DNA of 16,542 nt from contig JANLPS010000347.1 in the NCBI GenBank assembly GCA_031367385.1, positions 1-16,542 on the forward strand, given 5' to 3'. This stretch comes from Archangium sp. (lineage in GTDB: Bacteria > Myxococcota > Myxococcia > Myxococcales > Myxococcaceae). Position 1 is the first letter of the stretch; each line of letters starts with the position of its first letter. The notes under the pieces were generated by a model, which had not been told where the DNA came from, searched no databases, and saw only the letters and a list, made by a program, of their open reading frames with translations. Both the position numbers and the translations under genes were made by a program. Positions 7,391 through 15,574 of this stretch are shown here, piece after piece.

Positions 7391-7539
7391 GGTGCTCCTG
7401 GACAGGAGACGACACGTCTCCTCTCGGCGACCCTATGCCCTCTGGAGCGGTCGCGGAAGCCGCTGAGAACGTCCGCGTGCATGCGCTGCCCTCACACCTG
7501 CTGCGCGTGCGCACATCCACCCGAGGAGGTCGCTTGGGC

Positions 7540-7917
7540 TTACGTCTTTCCGTCGAGCCCAGACAACAATGCGTCGGCTTCTTCGACGGTGGCGACGGTG
7601 AACGACTGGTAGCCGCCTTCTTTGCTCGCCCGCTGAAACTGCTGTGCCGCGACTGCCGAGGCTCCGACCACGCGGGCGGTGGCTCGCATGCCCAACCGAA
7701 GGCCGGCTTCACCTGCCCGGCGTACTTCTCTGACGCCTTCTTGCGTGAGCGGCCGAAACGACGAGATGTCGGTAACGCACGTGAACCCGGGCTTCATCTT
7801 ACCGAAGGAGTCGATGGTTTCATCAGCGGCCACGCGGGCCTCGTCATCGCTGAACAGGCCTTCGAGCTTCAAATACACCCGATTTCGGGCCACATCGACG
7901 CGCAGGTGGTGCGGCAT
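7540..7917 (-). CDS. STAS/SEC14 (SpoIIAA-like) small domain protein (125 aa)
   Basis: Pattern NRVYLKLEGLFS...FTCVTDISSFRP...ATARVVG...TVEEADALL is typical of the family. Start at ATG 7917 (7932 possible). Confidence 0.7.
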   Translation of the reverse strand: MPHHLRVDVARNRVYLKLEGLFSDDEARVAADETIDSFGKMKPGFTCVTDISSFRPLTQEGVREVRRAGEAGLRLGMRATARVVGASAVAAQQFQRASKEGGYQSFTVATVEEADALLSGLDGKT

Positions 7918-7995
7918 GGGGTGAATGTTCACTCAGCACGGGCCCAACCGCAATCAACTCGAGAGGGCCGGCGGCCCAGGGTGGCACCGCCGGCG

Positions 7996-8421
7996 TTACG
8001 GGTATCGCCAACGCACCCACTGGTTGCGCGCGTAGAGCAGCTCGCCTGCCATCAATGAGACCGCCGCGTCTTCGAGCTCGAGCTTCGCGAGCAACTCGAA
8101 GGCTCCGAGCTCGAGCAGGGCCGCCGACTCGGTCACCGGCGTGGCCGTCTTGCCAGCCACCACGAGGTACTCGGGGTTTCGGCTCGCTTGGAGCGCGCTC
8201 TTCCACCGGTGCACGGTGTGCACGGTCGAGAGGTACACGCCGTCTTTCAAGAACACCTGGTGGGTGTCATCAAAGGTGCGGGTGACGAGCGTCTCGACCG
8301 ACCAGAAATACACCGGGCACGCCGGCGTCACCGCGAGCCGACGCACCTCGACCGGAGCGACGCTCTCGAGCATCACCCCAGGCGGGCTTACGCGAAACGT
8401 GAGGGTGGTCGCGGTTCTCAT
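7996..8421 (-). CDS. Hypothetical protein (141 aa)
   Basis: ATG start, high-GC third positions and globular-looking composition; it fills the gap between neighbouring genes. No family recognised. Confidence 0.6.
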   Translation of the reverse strand: MRTATTLTFRVSPPGVMLESVAPVEVRRLAVTPACPVYFWSVETLVTRTFDDTHQVFLKDGVYLSTVHTVHRWKSALQASRNPEYLVVAGKTATPVTESAALLELGAFELLAKLELEDAAVSLMAGELLYARNQWVRWRYP

Positions 8422-8535
8422 GGCGCATTCGATGACGAGGCGGGCCGCGCCGCCTGACCTTTTCGATTTTCGCTAACAACTGCGCGCTGTCGGGCGTCTT
8501 GGGCCTGGCTCGAACAACTCCCAAAGGTCGTTCTC

Positions 8536-10130
8536 ATGATTCGAATTCAAGATGAAGCGCTGGCGTCGCTTGGGTGGCGGGCCCTTTTTGCCTTGGTGGT
8601 GTTGGCGTACGGCTGCACGCCCACGGCTTCGGCCCCTGCCGCGAGCGAGTTGATCGTTGCCGGGCCGCTGACCCTGACCCCGCGACTGGCGAGCGTGACC
8701 CGCGAGCAAACCGTACAATTCAAAGCCCCTTTCTCTCAGCGCGTCGGCAGTTGGCAGGTCGATGGCGTCGAGGGGGGCTCGCCCGAAATGGGCAGCATCT
8801 CAAGCGAGGGGCTCTACACGGCGGGTACCATCGCCGGCGTGCACGTGGTGCGCGCGCTCTCGAGTGACGACTCGGGCGCCATCGCCACTGCGTCGATCGC
8901 CAGCGTGCCCCGCTTGAATGTCTTCACCAGCCGCAACGACTCGGGGCGCACCGGGTGCACGACGTGCCAGACATCGTGCCGGAGATCGGCATCACCGGTA
9001 CGCCGGTCATTGATGGGCCAGCCGCCACGATGTTTCTCGTCGCCGCCTCGAAGCGCGCTGAGGGCACCATCGTGCAGCGGCTGCACGCGCTCGATATCGT
9101 GACTGGCAATGAACGGCCCGGGTCTCCGGTCGAGATCGCCGCGAGCGTGCCCGGTACAGGCATCGACTCGGTCGACGGCGTGGTGCCGTTTTCGGCCGCG
9201 CAGCACTTGCAAAGGCCCGCGTTGTTGCTTTCGAACGGCGTGGTGTGGGTCGCCTTCGGGTCACACGGCGACGCCGAGCCGTACCATGGGTGGTTGCTGG
9301 GGTATTCGGCGTCGACCTTCGCGTTGGTCAGCGCGTTCAACACCACGCCCGATGGCAGCGAAGCCTCGATCTGGCAGGCCGGAGGCGGAGTCGCCGCAGA
9401 TCGCGACGGCGCGCTCTACGTGATGACCGCCAACGGAGACTTCGATGTCGGCTCCGGAGGGCGTGATTACGGCTCGGCCTTCGTGAAGCTCAGCCCGGCG
9501 GGCGCGGTGCTCGATTGGTTCACGCCCTCGAACCAGGCGTACCTGTCGATGTACGACTTGGACCTGGGGGCTGGCGGCCCGATGTTGCTGCCAGACATGC
9601 CGGGTGCGCACCCGCACCTGATGGTCGGGGGCGGCAAAGAGGGCGTGATGTACGTGCTCGATCGCGACAACCTGGGGCACTTCAACGCCGCAGGTAACTC
9701 GCAGATCGTCGCCAAGGTCGCGGTGACACCGGGGCCCGTGTCGGGCATTGCCACGACGCCCGCGTATTTCAATGGGGCCATCTACGTGGTCGCCAGCAAC
9801 GGCCCGCTGCGCGCGTTTCGCTTGAGCGGCGGGGTGATCAACCAGACGCCGACGGTCTCGCCCAATACGCTGCGGGGTGGCTCTCCGGCGATCTCGGCCA
9901 ATGGCACCGAAGGCGGCGTGGTGTGGGTCGCCGAGACGGCGTCACAAGCAGCGCCAGCGGAGCAGCACGCGTGGGACGCGAGCGAAGTGACCAAAGAGCT
10001 CTATACGAGCCCCTCCTCGGGCATCAACGCCGCGGGCCTGGCCTCGAAATTCATGATGCCGACGATCGCGAACGGCAAAGTCTACGTGCCGACCCAAACC
10101 GAGGTGAGCGTGTACGGCCTCAAGCCCTAG
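8536..10130 (+). pseudogene. Ig-like plus PQQ-like beta-propeller lipoprotein, broken by an internal deletion and frameshift at about 8955-8968
   Basis: One frame carries a lipobox (VLAYG-C), an Ig-like module (WQVDGVEGG...GSISSEGLYTA) and the family start VFTSRNDSGRTG. Homology resumes in another frame at DIVPEIGITGTPVID. Confidence 0.72.
8955..10130 (+). CDS. C-terminal fragment of the PQQ-like beta-propeller protein (391 aa ORF)
   Basis: EIGITGTPVID, RLHALDIVTG, QRPALLL, YHGWLLGY, IWQAGGG, DLDLGAGGP, GGKEG, LDRDNLG and KFMMPTIANGKVYV motifs; no signal peptide of its own. Confidence 0.7.
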   Translation: MHDVPDIVPEIGITGTPVIDGPAATMFLVAASKRAEGTIVQRLHALDIVTGNERPGSPVEIAASVPGTGIDSVDGVVPFSAAQHLQRPALLLSNGVVWVAFGSHGDAEPYHGWLLGYSASTFALVSAFNTTPDGSEASIWQAGGGVAADRDGALYVMTANGDFDVGSGGRDYGSAFVKLSPAGAVLDWFTPSNQAYLSMYDLDLGAGGPMLLPDMPGAHPHLMVGGGKEGVMYVLDRDNLGHFNAAGNSQIVAKVAVTPGPVSGIATTPAYFNGAIYVVASNGPLRAFRLSGGVINQTPTVSPNTLRGGSPAISANGTEGGVVWVAETASQAAPAEQHAWDASEVTKELYTSPSSGINAAGLASKFMMPTIANGKVYVPTQTEVSVYGLKP

Positions 10131-10196
10131 CGAAGCGCTAATTCGCCGGGCTGACGCGAAATGCGCGGCGAGGTGGCGTACGCGGCGGGTGCCCGC

Positions 10197-10529
10197 TCAG
10201 ATGCCCTTCGGCCCGATGCACACGGTCTCGCTGCCGTTGGCGCTCTTGCACTGGTAGCCCGTGCGGCAGGTCATGTGTGGGTTGCACGTACGCATGCACC
10301 CGGCAGTGCCCTGGCCCAGCGCGTCTTTGACGCAGGTCGAGCCCGTCGGGCAGCTGTTGGTGGGCGTCTCGAGCATGCAGCTGGTCGAGCATGAGCCGCC
10401 AGGCGTGAAGTCGCGCGTCAGACAGACAGCGCCACCGCAATCAGCCGCCGAGGTACAGGCATCGCCAATGGTGGGCCCGCAAGCCGCGCCGAGCATCAAG
10501 GTCACTGCCAAGAGAAGGAGTCGTCGCAT
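10197..10529 (-). CDS. Cys-rich myxobacterial lipoprotein (110 aa)
   Basis: Lipobox LGAA-C and 12 further Cys in CxxxxxC / CPxGxxC / CxxGYxC patterns, giving up to 6 disulfides. Confidence 0.85.
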   Translation of the reverse strand: MRRLLLLAVTLMLGAACGPTIGDACTSAADCGGAVCLTRDFTPGGSCSTSCMLETPTNSCPTGSTCVKDALGQGTAGCMRTCNPHMTCRTGYQCKSANGSETVCIGPKGI

Positions 10530-10649
10530 CGCCGCTGCACTATGCGTCTGCGGGCTCGATGACGTGAGCCATTTCTCGCGGGCCGGGGCTCGCGGTCGAA
10601 GTTTTACGAGCAGTTGCCTCGAGGGCCACGATCGTCACACCATGCGTTC

Positions 10650-11561
10650 ATGCTGCTCGCACTGCTGTTGGCCACCGGCCCGATTGTATTCCCCGCTCCC
10701 GTGCTCGAAGAGGTACCCGCCTGGCGCGCGGTCGCATGCACCGGGCTCGAGGGTGTTCAGGTCTGCAAGTTCGCCACGCTCGATGAGGCGGCCAATGACA
10801 TGATCGTCGTCGAGCGCCCCGATGGCCACCGCGTCGAGTGGCCGGTCGGCACCTGGGTCAGCACCGTCAATGACTTCATCGTGCTTCGCCAAGACCTCGA
10901 CGGTGACGACCGCGCCGAGCTGATCGTCGCCAGCCGCTCGAACGAGTCAGACGCCGTCTCGGTGCGCAGCTGGCAAATCGCCATCGTCGACGGCGCGCGC
11001 GATGCCACCACCCACTTCGTTTCTCAAGACTGGGGCCCCGACTCCATCTCCGGCACGTCGCTGCTGCTCACGGAGTGGGAGATCTCTTCCGCCAAGGCGG
11101 TGTTCGTCGGCCGCGAATATTCGTACCTCCACGGGCACCTCGAGCCGTCGAAGGCTCCGGTGTTGCGGCGTGAGCTGACTGAAGCGTTCTCGGCCGAGCG
11201 CAAGATGTTCGAGGGCGAGCTGACCCGTACTCCGCGCAAATACCTGACGCACGGGGCGACCATCAAGCAGCTGGCCGATGCGCTGCCCCTGAAGAAGCAA
11301 GACGCGATGGTGCGTGGGCTGACCCTCGACGAGCCCGCGCTCGACATGCACCTCGAGCGTGAGAATGGCACCCTTGAATCGCTCTCGACGCTGCCTGAAG
11401 AGGGCCCGGTGCTGCGGCTGGGTGATTCGAAGAGCCGCCGCTTGTACCCGTTGGCCTACGCGCCAGGTGACTCTGAGAGCTGGCTGCTTGGCCAAAAGGT
11501 CTCGGTCGCGCTCGAGGGTGACCACGCGAATGGCACGGTCTGGGTCAGCCCTCCTCGGTGA
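10650..11561 (+). CDS. Secreted hypothetical protein with an FG-GAP-like Ca-binding loop (303 aa)
   Basis: Short hydrophobic leader MLLALLLATG from ATG 10650; motif QDLDGDDRAELIV. Confidence 0.72.
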   Translation: MLLALLLATGPIVFPAPVLEEVPAWRAVACTGLEGVQVCKFATLDEAANDMIVVERPDGHRVEWPVGTWVSTVNDFIVLRQDLDGDDRAELIVASRSNESDAVSVRSWQIAIVDGARDATTHFVSQDWGPDSISGTSLLLTEWEISSAKAVFVGREYSYLHGHLEPSKAPVLRRELTEAFSAERKMFEGELTRTPRKYLTHGATIKQLADALPLKKQDAMVRGLTLDEPALDMHLERENGTLESLSTLPEEGPVLRLGDSKSRRLYPLAYAPGDSESWLLGQKVSVALEGDHANGTVWVSPPR

Positions 11562-11601
11562 ATCGCTTGGGCGTACGTTCGCCAAGCGGGCCTGCTCGGC
11601 G

Positions 11602-11610
11602 TGCTACCGT
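11602..11610 (+). promoter_or_regulatory. Extended -10 TGCTACCGT, 7 nt before ATG 11618 (leaderless geometry)
   Basis: Perfect TGnTAnnnT match and no SD sequence between it and the ATG. Confidence 0.5.
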
Positions 11611-11617
11611 CACGGCA

Positions 11618-13108
11618 ATGTTCTCCACAGGCAGGCCCGCTGTCGTCGTGTGCTTCGTTCTCGTGCTGCTCAGTGGGTGCGTTGGCGATGTGTCTGGGCT
11701 GCCCGATGCAGGTGTCGGTGACGGCGGTGCGGGTGATGCCGCGGTCGCAGCGGGGCGTCGAGACGGGGGTGACGATGGTGGCCGCGGCATTGAACCCATC
11801 GCGGGGTTCGGCTCGGGTGCGCAGCGGGGCAGCTTCGATGCGTCGAGTGATGTGTGGGAGCCAGGCCGAGACGACGCGGGGCGGGTCAACCAAAGCTCGT
11901 GGGACCTCGTGCCGGCCGGGCGATGGGTGACCGTCGCAGGCACGCGCATCGAAGATCTGACGCCGGCCATTGACGCGCTGGTGCCGGGTTGGAGCGCTTA
12001 CACGCCCAACCTCAACTGGGACAACTGGACCAACTCCTGGAACGGCTTGGCTGCAGACGTCGACGGCGCCCGCCTCTGGCTCTTTGGGGGCGGTCACAGC
12101 AACGGCACCAACAACGGCCTCTATCGATTCGATGGCTACGCGATGCGATGGGCGATCGCCGCGACGCCCAGCGACCCCGCGACGTGGTCGCCCGCGTACC
12201 GGGCGTCGGCTGGGGGAGGCGCCACGGGCAACCCCGATTCGCAAGAAGCGTACTTGGCGGCGCTCGACGCGGGCACGCTGCGGGCTGTCGATGATTGGTT
12301 CTACGACCAGACTCCGAGCGACAACAAACCGACGGCTCGCCACACCTACAGTGGGTTGGTCTATCTGCCCGATCACCAAGAGCTGGTGATGATGGTGCGG
12401 CGCATGTGGCGGTTCGACCTTCGCACCGGTCAGTGGGTGCAACGCCGGCTCTTTTTCGATGACCTCGTCAGCGGCTACCTCGACGGTGAGGGCATCATCG
12501 CTTTCTACGACGAAGCAAAGCAGGAGATCACCGCGACCTCGAACGGGTCGACCTACGGCGGCAACGGCCGCTTCGTTCGATTCAACCGTCAGACCGAGAC
12601 CTGGGTCTCCGGGAGCAGCACCGGCGATGGCTCACCGTGGCAACGGCTGGCCAGCGCCGACGCGCGCTTCGGGAGGACGATCGCCTTCTTTCAACCGCCC
12701 GTGGCGATGACCCACGACGGTTTTTGGATGCAGTACAGCCTCGATGCAGGGGTCGTCGCCTCGAGCGGCAATGACCTCCAGGCCGGGGTTGGCTTCGAGT
12801 ACGCCGGTGGGCTCTCGCAAGGCAGTTTTGCCAAGCTCAGCCGGTACTACGACGGCACGGGCGCGCTCTACGTGCCTCCGCTCAATCGGTACTGGTTGCA
12901 GACGCTGATGAACGATGACCAGATCAAGTGGGTTGAGGTAGACCCGACGACGTCTCCGAAGTGGACGTTGCGCCCACTCGACTTCACAGGCGCGGTGCCA
13001 AGCCCCCAGCTCTACGGCAAGCGACGCGCGTTCTACGTGCCTCCGCTCAAGGCTGTTCTTTGCCTCTCTGCGTCGAACCGCGACCTGTCGGTGTACAAGC
13101 TCCAATAG
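11618..13108 (+). CDS. Lipoprotein with DAG/DGG-rich linker and Kelch-like beta-propeller (GGGH / RHTY type, 496 aa)
   Basis: Lipobox VLLSG-C from ATG 11618; linker PDAGVGDGGAGDA; blade motifs LWLFGGGH...LYRFD...W, KPTARHTYSGLVYLP and MWRFDLRTGQW. Confidence 0.8.
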   Translation: MFSTGRPAVVVCFVLVLLSGCVGDVSGLPDAGVGDGGAGDAAVAAGRRDGGDDGGRGIEPIAGFGSGAQRGSFDASSDVWEPGRDDAGRVNQSSWDLVPAGRWVTVAGTRIEDLTPAIDALVPGWSAYTPNLNWDNWTNSWNGLAADVDGARLWLFGGGHSNGTNNGLYRFDGYAMRWAIAATPSDPATWSPAYRASAGGGATGNPDSQEAYLAALDAGTLRAVDDWFYDQTPSDNKPTARHTYSGLVYLPDHQELVMMVRRMWRFDLRTGQWVQRRLFFDDLVSGYLDGEGIIAFYDEAKQEITATSNGSTYGGNGRFVRFNRQTETWVSGSSTGDGSPWQRLASADARFGRTIAFFQPPVAMTHDGFWMQYSLDAGVVASSGNDLQAGVGFEYAGGLSQGSFAKLSRYYDGTGALYVPPLNRYWLQTLMNDDQIKWVEVDPTTSPKWTLRPLDFTGAVPSPQLYGKRRAFYVPPLKAVLCLSASNRDLSVYKLQ

Positions 13109-13136
13109 GGCCGGGCGGCATTGCGGGCCGAAAGCG

Positions 13137-13718
13137 TCAGCGCTGCGCGGAGATTGCGTCGACGTGCAGCTCCGCGCGGCACGCGGCTTCGCTGAGCCAG
13201 GTTTGATTCGCCTCGAGCACTGGGGGGCTCTCGAGCGTCACGGTTGAGCCCTTTTGGTGAAATGGCCCGCTCGATTCACGCAGGTGAATCATCAGCATGG
13301 GGCCCGCTTGCTCGAGGCAGAGATTGAAGCGGCATCGGCTCGCGTCTTGAGCGCGAAGGTTGGCGCAGGCTCCGTCAGTGAGGGTGACGCTTTGGGGCAC
13401 GGTGGCGTTGGCCCCGACCTTCACCGAGAGCTGCGCGGTCTTCAGTGGGTGGAGTTGCACTTCACCCAGGTCTTCAGCGCTGGCGACATGCGTGGGCGCG
13501 AAGCCTTCGGCGCGAATGGTGATGAGCCCGGGCGCGGTGGCGGTGAGGTCGAAGGCTCCGGTGCGTTGGTCGAGGGTGACGCCCTTCATCGAGGCGATGA
13601 AAAAGCTCGCCCCGGTGACCGGTTTGCCGTGCGCGGTCAGGCGGCCGCGAAAATGCTTCACAGCCGGCTCGGAGGAGCCAGCACTGAGCGCCACCAGCAC
13701 CAGCCAGAGCGCGCGCAT
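13137..13718 (-). CDS. Secreted protein with a carboxypeptidase-regulatory-like (prealbumin-fold) N-terminal domain (193 aa)
   Basis: Signal MRALWLVLVALSA; FRGRLTAHGKPVTGA...GAFDL...TIRAEGFAP...DLGEVQL; Cys-containing C-terminal half. Confidence 0.7.
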   Translation of the reverse strand: MRALWLVLVALSAGSSEPAVKHFRGRLTAHGKPVTGASFFIASMKGVTLDQRTGAFDLTATAPGLITIRAEGFAPTHVASAEDLGEVQLHPLKTAQLSVKVGANATVPQSVTLTDGACANLRAQDASRCRFNLCLEQAGPMLMIHLRESSGPFHQKGSTVTLESPPVLEANQTWLSEAACRAELHVDAISAQR

Positions 13719-13807
13719 TTATCGAAAAGTGAGAGTCATCGAGGTGAGACGTCGCATACCACTTTGGGGCATGTGATCTGAGCCCGGCGTTCTGCTACGA
13801 GCGCCGT

Positions 13808-14557
13808 GTGCCTCCTGTCGGTGTCGACCCGGTTCGATTTTCGCCGCTCGTCGGAGCGCGTGCCCTGGCGCCGTTGGCCTCGCTGGTGCCCGCCGATTGG
13901 CGCCGCGCGCTCTCAGTTGATCTGAAGACGAGCTCGTTTCAAAAGCTCGCGACCTTCGTCGACGCCGAGTCGCAGCGGGTGAACGTATTTCCTCCGCGAG
14001 CGCAGATCTTCGCCGCGCTCAAGCGCACGCCAATCAAGAACGTGAAGGTCGTGATCATCGGCCAAGACCCTTACCCAACGAAGGGCGACGCGAATGGTTT
14101 GTCGTTCTCGGTGAACAAGGGCCAGAAAATACCGGGGTCGCTCAAGAACATCTTCGCCGGGCTGAGCGCTGACACGGGGCTGCCTGTTGCGAAGAGCGGC
14201 GACCTCGGCGCCTGGGCAGACCAGGGTGTGCTGCTGCTCAACACCGTGCTCACCGTGACCGAAGGCAGGCCCAACTCGCACCACGGCAAAGGCTGGGAGC
14301 CGCTCACCGAGGCGATCTTGAAGAAGGTCAACGAGCAAGACGGCCCGGTCGTCTTCTTGTGCTTCGGCAAGCAGGCCACCGACATGGCCAAGCGGCTCAT
14401 CGACCCCTCGAAGCACACGATTCTCTCTGAGCCGCACCCGTCACCGATGAACGGCACCAAGTTCGTCGACGCGGTGGCCAAAGACCACGCCTTCACCAAG
14501 ACCAACGAGATTCTGACCGCGGGTGGTCGCACCGCCGTGAACTGGAAGTTGCCCTGA
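13808..14557 (+). CDS. ung: Uracil-DNA glycosylase, family 1 (divergent)
   Basis: VKVVIIGQDPYP, GLSFSV, WADQGVLLLNTVLTV, SH..KGWE and HPSP motifs, with terminal VNW. Confidence 0.93.
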   Translation: MPPVGVDPVRFSPLVGARALAPLASLVPADWRRALSVDLKTSSFQKLATFVDAESQRVNVFPPRAQIFAALKRTPIKNVKVVIIGQDPYPTKGDANGLSFSVNKGQKIPGSLKNIFAGLSADTGLPVAKSGDLGAWADQGVLLLNTVLTVTEGRPNSHHGKGWEPLTEAILKKVNEQDGPVVFLCFGKQATDMAKRLIDPSKHTILSEPHPSPMNGTKFVDAVAKDHAFTKTNEILTAGGRTAVNWKLP

Positions 14558-14558
14558 C

Positions 14559-14909
14559 ATGACGCGATTGCTCGTGCTGGTTGCCTCGATGTTGGTGCTG
14601 GCTGGCTGTCACCACTTTCCCCGGGTGCCGGTGACGCGTTCGGTAACGAGCGGGCAGACGATTTCGCTCTCGCACAACCGGGTCTGCGCGGGTGAGAACG
14701 ACCCGATTCAAGTGACCTTCACGCCTGACTCGGCGCTCACCTGGTCGCTGAACAACGAGAGCGGCCAGTCAGTGAAGACCGGCACCACCGGGTCGGGGTT
14801 CGTGCTCGACACCAAAGATTTGATCGAGGCGCGCTATGAGCTGGCGGTGAAGATCGACGACGACAACTCGCTGGTGGCGAACTTCGAAGTCTTTCACTGC
14901 GCGAATTGA
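14559..14909 (+). CDS. Small beta-rich lipoprotein (116 aa)
   Basis: Lipobox LVLAG-C; starts 1 nt after the ung stop; a Cys pair brackets an Ig-like strand pattern. Confidence 0.8.
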   Translation: MTRLLVLVASMLVLAGCHHFPRVPVTRSVTSGQTISLSHNRVCAGENDPIQVTFTPDSALTWSLNNESGQSVKTGTTGSGFVLDTKDLIEARYELAVKIDDDNSLVANFEVFHCAN

Positions 14910-14959
14910 AGCGGTTGCGCGTTTCGGTGCAGAACGGGTGATCGCGGCCCGTCGGTCGC

Positions 14960-15574
14960 TCAGCGCGACTCGGGGCGGTTCTTTGCGGCTGAGGGTCTCT
15001 CGGCCAACGTGGCCTGGTCCGTTGACTCTCTCAAGAAGCTAAAGGGCTTGAGGTAGCTCGACCTCTCGACCATCTGCTCTTCAGTCAGCGGTTTTTCGCC
15101 AAATCCATTGGCGCTGAGAATGAACTCTCCGGGCAAGCTCTTGAGCCGCTGCAGCCCGTCTGAAAACGACGCGCTGGCGCTCCGTCGAGGAGCGTTGAAG
15201 ACGTAATCAACCGTGCCCTTGGCACCCTCTGCGTTGAACTCGGCCCCAGCCTTGACGTGGTCGCCAATGCTCTTGCCATACACGGCTGTGATTGCGCCGC
15301 TTGACGGGTCGCGCACCAGAAGGCAGTCGTAGGTCTTGTCAGGAGCGATGCGGGCCATCAGTTCGCTGTTGTTCAAGAGCCGTGACCCTTCAGGCGTTGC
15401 CCAGCTCTTATCGACCGTAAACGCGAGCATCGGCTTGTCGATTCGGTTTTTTTGCCAACCGGTGCCGGTCGTTGCGCTGCGAAACAGCAGGTCTGTTTTT
15501 GCTTTTTGAGTGTCGTCGCCACTGATTGGTCTGACCTGTCGCGCGCCGCCCGCTTCGTCAATTGTTGAACCCAT
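14960..15574 (-). CDS. Hypothetical protein (204 aa), lower GC, no signal peptide
   Basis: Long open frame. ATG 15574 (MGSTIDEAGG) is preferred because a -10-like TGCGACCTT lies 7 nt upstream. Confidence 0.62.
   Translation of the reverse strand: MGSTIDEAGGARQVRPISGDDTQKAKTDLLFRSATTGTGWQKNRIDKPMLAFTVDKSWATPEGSRLLNNSELMARIAPDKTYDCLLVRDPSSGAITAVYGKSIGDHVKAGAEFNAEGAKGTVDYVFNAPRRSASASFSDGLQRLKSLPGEFILSANGFGEKPLTEEQMVERSSYLKPFSFLRESTDQATLAERPSAAKNRPESR

Noticed and set aside
8955..8967. Palindrome GCACG-A-CGTGC at the deletion junction as an excision footprint or programmed frameshift site
   Set aside because: Five-bp arms are expected by chance, nothing similar occurs at the App1 junction, there is no slippery sequence, and a frameshift alone would not restore the missing motifs.
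11456..12442. 328-aa minus-strand ORF and other long overlapping ORFs
   Set aside because: Arg/Pro-rich shadow frames opposite genes with clear motifs.
13719..13725. TCGATAA on the minus strand as a sigma-28 -10 for the 193-aa gene
   Set aside because: It abuts the ATG, leaving no room for a transcription start.
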